A stretch of DNA of 64,000 nucleotides from Bacteroidia bacterium (GTDB lineage Bacteria; Bacteroidota; Bacteroidia; M30B66): the NCBI GenBank assembly GCA_965279035.1, contig OZ257142.1:1056001-1120000 (forward strand). The letters are read 5' to 3'. A program made the position numbers and the translations under genes. Positions 27,882 through 36,228 of the stretch are shown piece by piece. A model generated the notes under the pieces. It was not told the origin of the DNA. It did no database searches and saw nothing but the letters and a program-made list of their open reading frames with translations. Position 1 is the stretch's first letter. Each line of letters begins with the position of its first letter.

Positions 27882-30116
27882 CTAATGTTTTATAATTAAT
27901 CGGAGATTCTTTGTTTGTCGATGTTTGTTGATGATATTGACAATATAAACTCCGCTAGACAAATTACTTATTTCAATAAGTTGATTTCGAATTATTAGTG
28001 ATTCCTGTTTTATAATTCTTCCAGAGATATCATATATCGTGATATTCGCAGGAAGATTTAATGATTCTGAATTAATTTGAAATGCGTTGTTCGTTGGATT
28101 TGGATACAAATTGATATTATTCAACTTCGATTGAATTTCACTAATTCCTGTTGGCTCTTGTCCTTGAAAGAAATTCAAGCCACCACGTTTAAAACCAAGA
28201 ATCATTTCTGGAAATCCATCGGAATTGAGATCTGAGATTGTTGGGGCAGACCAATCCCCATCTTTGATTGAGGCTAAACTCGAATCGAGAATGGTAAAAG
28301 GTGCAATTAAATCGTTTGAGTTTAGTTTCCAGAGATAGACATTTCCCGACTCACTTCCACTAAAAATGAATTTTCCCTGACTATTGCTGAAATAACAAGG
28401 TGAACTATAGCCGTAGTTACTGAAATTCTCTTCTATGGTTTCTACATTCCCAAAATTAGTGATCGAAGGTGTAGATGGAAAGTTTGATAATGTGGTAGTT
28501 CCGTTGTTAAAGTAACACTGTAATCGACCTGACTTTCCACCAAGAATTAGATCCTTCTTACCATCCTGATTGATATCGGCAAACGTAGGGCAAGCATACT
28601 GATCTGCGGTGATGGATGAAGCAATACCATTCGAAATAGTATAGTCATTTCCTGTTGCATTTTTAAGCAGAACGATAAGCGAGCCGGATAAGGAACCTAC
28701 AATGAGATCCGATTTTCCATCTCCATTCAAATCAGCGGCAGCAGGAGCTAGATGTTTTGCATTCAACGAACGCAATTGGGCAATGTCGGCATTAACAACT
28801 TTATAGCTAGGTGCATTATTACTTCCTATATTTTCGAGCAATTGAAGTGATGCTCTATAATTACCAGTTAGCACAGGATTCACATTGGGCTCGAATTCTC
28901 CGAAATTTCCAACGATCACATCTAAATCTCCATCATTATCATTGTCGATAAAACAAGGATATGCACCTCGTCCTAAATCGAATATTTCATGACTCAAGAA
29001 AGTCGATTCTGTTCCAGTGAAATTGAATGAAGTATTGTTCGATGGATAGCTGAGAGCAAGTCGGCCTTTGTTGATTGATTGATCATCTGTATTGGGAGCA
29101 ATTACTAGATCAGGAAGGCTATCAGCATTGCAATGAATCCGAAATGCTCCCGGATAAATAGGAATTTGATATGTTGAAAATGCAGAAGGATAATTTGAAG
29201 GTGTTTGAATAATAACATCCAATCCATTCAAGGGATTGTTGATCAAGCATTTAATGTCGGGATAGGATATGTCTCCCAATAAAAGATCCTTATCTCCATC
29301 ATGATCAATATCATCTAATAGTAAGGTGGAACCAAAATGTCGAACTCCGGAACTTCTGCCGCAACTGTCCTGCAGATTGATTGAATTATTGATTGAGCTT
29401 TCGGTGAATTTCCCCCAATTTTCGGTGACTAATTCATATCGGATTGAATCGGAATTCCCAAATAATTCTTGAGATAAATTCCGATGATATTCTACACAGG
29501 TTCCAAGAATATAAAAGGTCACAATGTCCAAATCGCCATCATTATCTACATCGTCAATACCTGGGAAATCAACTGGGCTCACATATAAATTAAGCAACCC
29601 ATTTCCATAATCTGAATAAAGTAAATCGGTTACAGTAGTAAATTGAGTGGTAATAGAAGTGGGCGAGGTGTTTTTAATGATTTTTATTCCATTCCCAGCA
29701 GAAGTAAAAATATCGGGCTTGCCATCTAAATTATAATCTCGGATCAGCATCCAATCGTGCATCGGAGGGAAGAGCGATTCAAATTCAGGAGCATAATGAA
29801 AGGAATTTCCATCAGCATTTCTAACAAAGCAAAGCAGCTTGTTTCCCGTTCTTTCGAAAACAATTACATCGAGCAAGCCATCACCATTGAGTTCACACTC
29901 GTTAAACTGTGGTGCATTTAAACCACCAGCCCAGCCATTGGGAAATGCGTTTTGTTCATTTAAACCAAAAAGAGGAATTGATTGATTCTTACTAAATCCA
30001 AAAGGAGATTGTGCCGAAAGTTTACTATTTCCTATGAAAAGCAGAAACAGTAAAATCGTTAACTTGAATGAGCTTGTGCATTCAATAGGAAACAAGCGAA
30101 TCAACAATGGGTGCAT
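27882..30116 (-). CDS. FG-GAP/VCBS repeat protein with T9SS type A CTD
   Basis: Repeated DxDxDGxxD motifs; C-terminal YPNPT...YDISGR...SGVYIV...RLII. Confidence 0.88.
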   Translation of the reverse strand: MHPLLIRLFPIECTSSFKLTILLFLLFIGNSKLSAQSPFGFSKNQSIPLFGLNEQNAFPNGWAGGLNAPQFNECELNGDGLLDVIVFERTGNKLLCFVRNADGNSFHYAPEFESLFPPMHDWMLIRDYNLDGKPDIFTSAGNGIKIIKNTSPTSITTQFTTVTDLLYSDYGNGLLNLYVSPVDFPGIDDVDNDGDLDIVTFYILGTCVEYHRNLSQELFGNSDSIRYELVTENWGKFTESSINNSINLQDSCGRSSGVRHFGSTLLLDDIDHDGDKDLLLGDISYPDIKCLINNPLNGLDVIIQTPSNYPSAFSTYQIPIYPGAFRIHCNADSLPDLVIAPNTDDQSINKGRLALSYPSNNTSFNFTGTESTFLSHEIFDLGRGAYPCFIDNDNDGDLDVIVGNFGEFEPNVNPVLTGNYRASLQLLENIGSNNAPSYKVVNADIAQLRSLNAKHLAPAAADLNGDGKSDLIVGSLSGSLIVLLKNATGNDYTISNGIASSITADQYACPTFADINQDGKKDLILGGKSGRLQCYFNNGTTTLSNFPSTPSITNFGNVETIEENFSNYGYSSPCYFSNSQGKFIFSGSESGNVYLWKLNSNDLIAPFTILDSSLASIKDGDWSAPTISDLNSDGFPEMILGFKRGGLNFFQGQEPTGISEIQSKLNNINLYPNPTNNAFQINSESLNLPANITIYDISGRIIKQESLIIRNQLIEISNLSSGVYIVNIINKHRQTKNLRLIIKH

Positions 30117-30612
30117 AATTCATAAGTGCTTGACGACCGTTGAGGAATTCCAGTTCGACTAAAAACGAGAAACCAGCAATGTGCGCTTGTTGTTTTAATA
30201 TGAGTTCTGCAGCAGCCATTGCGGTTCCACCAGTTGCAAGCAAATCGTCATGGACAAGCACTTTCCACTCGGGTTTGATGGCATCGATGTGCATTTCGAC
30301 AGTCGCCGATCCATATTCAAGCGAATAGGAATATTGAATTGTTTTATATGGAAGCTTTCCTGCTTTACGAACTGGTATAAAAGGTACGTTGAATTGTTGT
30401 GCGAGCAGCATTCCGAAAAGAAAACCACGGCTTTCAACTCCAACTATAGCGTCAATTTCAATATTGTCGAATGCTTTTGCGAGTTCTTGGGTAATCTCTC
30501 TGCATAACAAAGGATTTTCTAAAATAGGAGTAATGTCTTTAAATAAAATTCCCGGTTTTGGGAAATCGGCAACATCACGAATACTAGCTTTTACTCTTTC
30601 TTGGATTGTCAT
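30082..30612 (-). CDS. apt: Adenine phosphoribosyltransferase
   Basis: DFPKPGILFKDIT, ESRGF, LEYG, DDLLATGGT. Confidence 0.97.
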   Translation of the reverse strand: MTIQERVKASIRDVADFPKPGILFKDITPILENPLLCREITQELAKAFDNIEIDAIVGVESRGFLFGMLLAQQFNVPFIPVRKAGKLPYKTIQYSYSLEYGSATVEMHIDAIKPEWKVLVHDDLLATGGTAMAAAELILKQQAHIAGFSFLVELEFLNGRQALMNYAPIVDSLVSY

Positions 30613-31514
30613 TCAAGTTTTACATAATGGACCAATTTATCATACATCTCAGGTCGAAGGGTATAGATTTTCTTCAGCTCCAAAATGGATTTATAGGGTC
30701 CGTGTTGAAGCCGGTAATTTACAATGCTTTTGCCCACACCGTACCAACAATATGGATGTTTTTGAATTTCTTCGAGTGAAATGGTATTGATGTTTAATCT
30801 AGTGATTAAGCTGGTGTCGATATTTATTTGTGTTTGAATGGTATTCAATAAAGAATCGCTTAGCCCTTTGATTTCTAGTAGTTGGGAAATGGAATAATAT
30901 CCTCCTAATTGATTTCTCCGTTTGATAATTCTTCTTGCCCAGCCTGGTCCAATTCCTTTCAGTGAGATAAGTTCGATTGAATCGGCGGTGTTCAATTCCA
31001 GCATTTTGAAACGTGTTTGAGTGTATTCTTTTTTATACCCATTCACATGTTTGTCGTAAAGTGGTTTTGAAGGAATTGTGAGAAATGGTTCTAATGATTG
31101 ATACCGTTCTTCGGTCATGCAAAAGATCTTTTGTACATCTTCCTTGTAACGAAAACCCTTGCAAATGCTACGAAACTTGATAATTGAACTGGCTTCTTTT
31201 TCTGAAAACCCAATCCCAATCCAATCCACTTTATTCGCTTTATTAGGATCGAACGGCTTGCTAATAATCAACGTTCGGTTATTAGAACTCGAATACGGCT
31301 TTTCAATTTCTTGAAGAGAATCGTTTTTCTGTTGCAGCGCAATCCATTGTTGAATTGCCTGCATCTCGTTTGGATCGATCTTAATTTCTCCTGGAGGCAA
31401 GCTGTTGAGGTAAAAACGAATACCAATAACAATTACCAAAATAATACTGAGTGCCATCACGCCTCGCTGATCGGTGCGAGAGAATAAAAGGAATTCACGA
31501 ATCACAGTTTTCAT
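30609..31514 (-). CDS. ComEA-like helix-hairpin-helix protein
   Basis: N-terminal TM; three HhH pairs (FDPNKAN, ELNTAD..LKGIGP..LGGY, LNINT). Confidence 0.85.
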   Translation of the reverse strand: MKTVIREFLLFSRTDQRGVMALSIILVIVIGIRFYLNSLPPGEIKIDPNEMQAIQQWIALQQKNDSLQEIEKPYSSSNNRTLIISKPFDPNKANKVDWIGIGFSEKEASSIIKFRSICKGFRYKEDVQKIFCMTEERYQSLEPFLTIPSKPLYDKHVNGYKKEYTQTRFKMLELNTADSIELISLKGIGPGWARRIIKRRNQLGGYYSISQLLEIKGLSDSLLNTIQTQINIDTSLITRLNINTISLEEIQKHPYCWYGVGKSIVNYRLQHGPYKSILELKKIYTLRPEMYDKLVHYVKLE

Positions 31515-31591
31515 GACAGATGTTTTTAGCAAACTTCCGAAATGAAAATCCAAAGATTCGTCTGTGAAACGTGTATATACGTTTAAAACGC

Positions 31592-32503
31592 TTAGCTCTG
31601 GTACTTCTTCAACTGCTCATCCAAAATGGCAAGTCCTTCCCGGAAACTGTGTGGATGATATCCTAACACACGTTCCGACTTAGATAAATCGAAACCTGTA
31701 CGCGGCGGACGTTTAGCTGGTTGATTCAAGGTGCTAGAAGAAACGGTGTTGATGATGCTTTTATCGTAACCATAAAAATCGGCCACTTGATGCACCAATT
31801 CTAGAACGCTCATGTAGTCTTTCCCAGAAATATTGAAAATCCCATTGGCATGTTTCTCAGCTGCAAGTAGACATCCTTCAGCCAAATCTTCGGCAAGGGT
31901 TGGCATGCGGAATTGATCATCAACCACATTGATGGGCGCTCCTTTTTCGAGTGCACCTTTTGCCCAAAGAACCACATTCGAACGGCTCATGTGATCCACC
32001 AAACCAAACACTAATATAGTACGCAAGATTGCCCAGTCGTTTGAACGTTCCTTTACAATGCGCTCTGCTTCGGCTTTCGACCAACCATAATACGATACCG
32101 GATTGGCCTCCGCTTCTTCATCATACGGACCATTCTCCCCATCAAAAATGAAATCAGTTGAAAGGTGAATGAAATGCGTTTTGTTTCGATTACAGGCTTC
32201 CACCAAATATTCAACAGCCGTTATGTTCAGCAAAACGCATCCTTCTTTATCGGTTTCACAGGCATCCACATTCGTCATGGCAGCCGTATTAATCACCACA
32301 TCCGGACGATATTGATCAATCACGCTATCCACATCGGCTTTGTTACCAATGTCCATCGGAACATAGGTGTATCCTTCGCGCAAAATGAGTCGGTTTTCGC
32401 CTTTGGCTGTGGCAATCAATTCAACACCCGAACGACCAACACTTTTGTAAACGAGTTTTTGTCCGAGTAATCCGTTGCTTCCGGTAATGAGGATACGTTT
32501 CAT
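31592..32503 (-). CDS. RmlD-like SDR (dTDP-4-dehydrorhamnose reductase family)
   Basis: TGSNGLLG, STDFIFDG, YGWSK, DQFRMPT, AKRP. Confidence 0.88.
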   Translation of the reverse strand: MKRILITGSNGLLGQKLVYKSVGRSGVELIATAKGENRLILREGYTYVPMDIGNKADVDSVIDQYRPDVVINTAAMTNVDACETDKEGCVLLNITAVEYLVEACNRNKTHFIHLSTDFIFDGENGPYDEEAEANPVSYYGWSKAEAERIVKERSNDWAILRTILVFGLVDHMSRSNVVLWAKGALEKGAPINVVDDQFRMPTLAEDLAEGCLLAAEKHANGIFNISGKDYMSVLELVHQVADFYGYDKSIINTVSSSTLNQPAKRPPRTGFDLSKSERVLGYHPHSFREGLAILDEQLKKYQS

Positions 32504-32558
32504 GCCCTATGAGTGGATAGATTTTGGGGTGAAAATACCGAAAAGGAATGGGGAAGTT

Positions 32559-32685
32559 GAGAGTAAAAAGTAATAAAGTACAAAGTAGTTGAGTATAAAG
32601 TAGAAAAGTAAAAAGTAGGAAAGTAAAAAGTAGGAAAGTAAAAAGTAGGAAAGTAAAAAGAGGTAAAGTAGAAAAGTAGAAAGTA
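32559..32685 (+). repeat. Purine-rich heptamer-like tandem tract (left arm), including AAAGTAAAAAGTAGG x3 plus one imperfect copy
   Basis: AGTA recurs every 7-8 nt; perfect 15-mers at 32605, 32620 and 32635. Confidence 0.9.
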
Positions 32686-32716
32686 TTAAGACTGTTTTAA
32701 ACTCGGGCATTCGTTG

Positions 32717-32833
32717 ACCTCACCCCCGGCCCCTCTCCGCGGGAGAGGGGAGTTTTAATCCGTGAATTAATGAGGCTTAGCAGTTTTTCTCATACATCGT
32801 AAATCGGATAGCGAAGCGGTCGTAAATCGAAAT
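32717..32833 (-). repeat. Composite dispersed element, copy 1 (GATTTACGA module plus CCCCTCTCC/GGAGAGGGG hairpin)
   Basis: Aligns along its length with 61223-61324. Confidence 0.85.
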
Positions 32834-34282
32834 TCAATTCACCTTTAATACCTTCTCTGTCACTATAATCTCATCGCCCTTTAAAACCCGACAATAATAA
32901 ATGCCAGTAGCCAATGAAGAAATACTCAGGCTATGCACTCCTATGTTAGTGAAGCTTTCCTGTTGAACAAGGCGCCCAGTTGCATCCAGTAGTTGAGCGG
33001 TATACGCTGAGCCAGCAGTTTCCAAATCTATGCGCAGCCAGTTTGTTGCTGGGTTGGGATAAATCGTAACAGCATCGGGGAAGGGTGCATCTTCGATTCC
33101 TACACCACAGTTGGCTGGATCAAGGCAACCATCGGCATCGAGTTTTACTACCCAAGCATTTTGTCCACCGCAGCAAAAATCATCATCAGCAGCCCCGCTT
33201 ATCAATAAGCCGCCATCTTTCGTCTCAATGAAGTCAAGAAAAAAATCAGCTCCATTGCCGTGGTCGTATTCTTTTCGCCAAAGTAAATTTCCCAAGGAGT
33301 CTGTTTTCATAATAAAGCCAGCATTTATTGTAGTTGTATTTATGCCAACAGAAACAACACCTCCATCAGAAACTTTGCGACCGATATAGTTTTCATTGTT
33401 GTACAACGATGTATAAGTCTTATTAAAAATTATATTACCAACAAGATCGGTCATTACTAGTTTTGGTCCACCAGCTTGGTATTTATAACCAGAAAAAAGC
33501 AATTTATCTGGTCCAAACCGGCTCATTCCTCCTTCTGTAATTTGGGATAATTGCCATCCGTCTTGCCGAATTCCATTCTCATCTAGTTTTATTAAATACT
33601 CGTATCCAACATCACTAGTGAAAGCTGTTCCAGCTACACCCGCTACCAAAAAACCTCCACCATCTGCATTAATAATTGACTTTGGCAAATCAGCAATATT
33701 CTCATTTATTAAGGATTCAGAGAGTAATTGTCCATCTTCGCTTAATTTGACAAAGTACCCATCGTGATCATTTGTTGTTGTAAAATATCCGCGAGAAGCT
33801 ATTAATGCAAAGTCGCCTTGAGGTGTTTCAATTAAATCCTTTGGTGTGTCAAAATACAATGAATCAGTGTGATAATAAGACCATATCGTGTCTTGCAAAT
33901 CCGGACTTAGTTTTAAAACAAAAATCTGATTTCCCCCTGTTCCTCCAATTCTGCTTCGGGTATCGAACAAGATTAAATTTCCGTCATGGCACTTAATTAA
34001 CGATCCAACACTTAGAAATCTTCTTGATGCATCATGCTTGAAATTGTCAAGGACAATTTCTCCCTGATCATCAAATGCATGTACACGTTCAAAACCGCCA
34101 TCTTCCAAATACAAGCTGTAACCCGAACTAGAAATACAATAGCGTCCACTATCCAACTCGATTGGACGAGATGGAAGTCCTCCAAAAACTCCGGTATCAT
34201 TGTAAGTTCTTGCAAAAGTTGGAACCTGCGTTAACAAAGATTGAAATGAAAAAAGAAGAGCTAATGCAATCAAGTTTTTCAT
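32834..34282 (-). CDS. Secreted beta-propeller-like protein with T9SS type A CTD
   Basis: Signal peptide from ATG 34282; repeated (F/L)xKLD..G...W and T.DGG motifs; YPNPA...DATGRLV...GIYY...KVLK. Confidence 0.85.
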   Translation of the reverse strand: MKNLIALALLFSFQSLLTQVPTFARTYNDTGVFGGLPSRPIELDSGRYCISSSGYSLYLEDGGFERVHAFDDQGEIVLDNFKHDASRRFLSVGSLIKCHDGNLILFDTRSRIGGTGGNQIFVLKLSPDLQDTIWSYYHTDSLYFDTPKDLIETPQGDFALIASRGYFTTTNDHDGYFVKLSEDGQLLSESLINENIADLPKSIINADGGGFLVAGVAGTAFTSDVGYEYLIKLDENGIRQDGWQLSQITEGGMSRFGPDKLLFSGYKYQAGGPKLVMTDLVGNIIFNKTYTSLYNNENYIGRKVSDGGVVSVGINTTTINAGFIMKTDSLGNLLWRKEYDHGNGADFFLDFIETKDGGLLISGAADDDFCCGGQNAWVVKLDADGCLDPANCGVGIEDAPFPDAVTIYPNPATNWLRIDLETAGSAYTAQLLDATGRLVQQESFTNIGVHSLSISSLATGIYYCRVLKGDEIIVTEKVLKVN

Positions 34283-34375
34283 TACGCCTTTAATATGTTG
34301 CATGTCTATTACCTATTTGTCCTCGCCACGGAGTTCTCTTAAATAAAGTCTTTCAACGATTTTCCGTGAAAAATT

Positions 34376-34405
34376 CTTTTTACTCTCTTCTCCCTTCTTT
34401 CTACT
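34376..34405 (+). repeat. Pyrimidine-rich tract, inner part of the right arm
   Basis: CTTTTTACTCTC...CTTTCTACT, reverse complement of left-arm units. Confidence 0.7.
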
Positions 34406-34509
34406 TGTCCTTGCCTAAAATAGGTTGACTTTTTATTATCACTTTCTACTTTGTTAAAGTAGTTTATTGTTTGTTGTTTTAAGTTTCTTTTTTGGTTCTT
34501 TTTTCTTTG

Positions 34510-35376
34510 TTAAGAAGTTGTATTTCTGTTGATATTTCCTGAATTCCAGTTATATATGGTCATAGAAGGATTTTGATTTCTTTGGTTATTCACTTTTTCA
34601 TATTCAGTAGGTGTTAGCATGCCTAATTCACTGTGTGGTCGTTCATTATTGTAAAGATCCATTGCCTTTTTTGCCATCTCATTGAGATTGCTTTTGGTTA
34701 GATTCCATTGAAGTAAGTACTCGTTTTTTATGATGCCATTTATTCGTTCAACATAAGCATTTTCTTGTGCTATTGACGCCATACTGATTCGTATTCCTTT
34801 GCTTTTTAGCATCTCTTTATGCATCGTGCTGATGTATTGTGAACCTCGATCAGAATGAAAAATGCAATTATCTAAATCGTGCCCTTTCCTTATTTTAAAG
34901 GCTTTTCTAAGTGCTTTGATATTTTCCTCCGCTCTTAAGCTTGGAGACAGATGTAGAGCTAATAAGCGCCTTGAATAGACATCTTCAATACAGATTCCAT
35001 AATGATGTGCATGCTCTACATCGAGATAAAATATGTCAGATTGCCAAAGCATATTCACATCATTAATCGTTATTCCATTTATCAGATTGTCATATATCTC
35101 AACGCGTTGAGACCAAGTCGTTCGTATTGGATTTCTCTTCTTCTTAACCTTATATCCGTACCTAAAACCAATCCGCTCAAAAGCATCCCTACCTATTGGA
35201 TGGCGTTGTGGATCCATAAAATAGATCTTTCTACAACCCATTTGGCGATGATTATGACGCACTTTTGATATGTAACGAACGATACTTTCTTCCACCTTTA
35301 ATTGGTCGCGACTTCGTCTTTCACTCTTCCAAAGTGCTTGCTTACTAAGGCCTGCCACTTCTAACAGACTCTTCAT
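34510..35376 (-). CDS. IS3 transposase OrfB (DDE integrase core)
   Basis: WQSDI, FHSDRGSQY, ENAYVERINGIIKNE, YNNERPHSELG. Confidence 0.93.
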   Translation of the reverse strand: MKSLLEVAGLSKQALWKSERRSRDQLKVEESIVRYISKVRHNHRQMGCRKIYFMDPQRHPIGRDAFERIGFRYGYKVKKKRNPIRTTWSQRVEIYDNLINGITINDVNMLWQSDIFYLDVEHAHHYGICIEDVYSRRLLALHLSPSLRAEENIKALRKAFKIRKGHDLDNCIFHSDRGSQYISTMHKEMLKSKGIRISMASIAQENAYVERINGIIKNEYLLQWNLTKSNLNEMAKKAMDLYNNERPHSELGMLTPTEYEKVNNQRNQNPSMTIYNWNSGNINRNTTS

Positions 35377-35795
35377 TTTGTACCCGTGCTTTTGTCCTTT
35401 TGTGGATCGGAACCAGAGTAAGGCTGGTTTAATAAATTTTTTTTTAAATCAGTTTGGAACTCCTCATTTGCTAACTCAATGACCTTGCTCAATAAATCAA
35501 GTTCCATCTGTTTTCGGCCCAATGCGGCTTCCAATTCACGGATGCGCTGCTCAAGCTCTTTGCTTTTGTATGATTCGCTTTGCACTTCCACTACTAAGAT
35601 TTTTCCTCTCTTCAAATATCGACTATATTGATAAATCCATCGATAAACTGAAGTTATTGTTACTCCTAGTTCCTGGGCTACTTTAGATACTGAAGCCACT
35701 CCGGATTCAATATCCTTAACTGTTTGACGCTTTAATTCTTCACTAAAAACTCTTCGTGGCCGAATTACTTCTTTGCGATTTAAATGCTTTTTCAT
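35373..35795 (-). CDS. IS3 transposase OrfA (HTH plus leucine zipper)
   Basis: RRVFSEELK...VAQELGV...VYRWI; LEQRIRELEAALG; ATGA overlap with orfB. Confidence 0.9.
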   Translation of the reverse strand: MKKHLNRKEVIRPRRVFSEELKRQTVKDIESGVASVSKVAQELGVTITSVYRWIYQYSRYLKRGKILVVEVQSESYKSKELEQRIRELEAALGRKQMELDLLSKVIELANEEFQTDLKKNLLNQPYSGSDPQKDKSTGTK

Positions 35796-35846
35796 GTCCC
35801 GTTTTTTAAGTTGATTTTGGTCAACCTATTTCAGTCACGGACAACT

Positions 35847-35890
35847 CTTTACTCTCTACTTTGTACTTTCTACTTTTTACTCTCTACTAA
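35847..35890 (+). repeat. Pyrimidine-rich heptamer tract, outer part of the right arm
   Basis: CTTTACT CTCTACT TTGTACT TTCTACT TTTTACT CTCTACT; inverted copy of 32559-32604. Confidence 0.85.
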
Positions 35891-35891
35891 T

Positions 35892-36113
35892 CTAAAGATC
35901 CCAAACCCGCGTCTTGCTCGATTGAATCAAGTTCTTGATGCGCAGAATAAAGGCCATGTGCAAATACACAATAATGGGTGAGCCTAAGGTGAGGAAGGAG
36001 GCGTAGATGAAGAACAATCGAATTTGTGATGACTTCATTCGGAGCTTATCGCCCAGCCAGGTGCAAACGCCAAATGCTTGTCGCTCAAAAAAATCGGAGA
36101 TAGACTGAATCAT
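35892..36113 (-). CDS. PspC-domain small membrane protein
   Basis: FGVCTWLGDKL...IRLFFIYASF. Confidence 0.8.
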   Translation of the reverse strand: MIQSISDFFERQAFGVCTWLGDKLRMKSSQIRLFFIYASFLTLGSPIIVYLHMAFILRIKNLIQSSKTRVWDL

Positions 36114-36228
36114 GGTTTGGCGTTGTTCTATGTGTTGGCTAATATAGCGAAAAGGATTTCTGATTACAAGCAAGCAAATCACATTCAGAACCGACTCTTT
36201 CTCTACCTTTGCGGTCCAAAATCACGTC

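Larger units (their letters stand above)
34406..35843 (-). mobile_element. Complete IS3-family insertion sequence (1438 bp)
   Basis: Terminal IRs TGTCCTTGCCTAAAATAGGTTGAC / TGTCCGTGACTGAAATAGGTTGAC (21/24 identical); TG...CA ends; 3-bp target duplication ACT (34403-34405, 35844-35846). Confidence 0.93.

Noticed and set aside
32507-32710. 67-aa ORF with FLLSY repeats
   Set aside because: A translation of the non-coding repeat tract.
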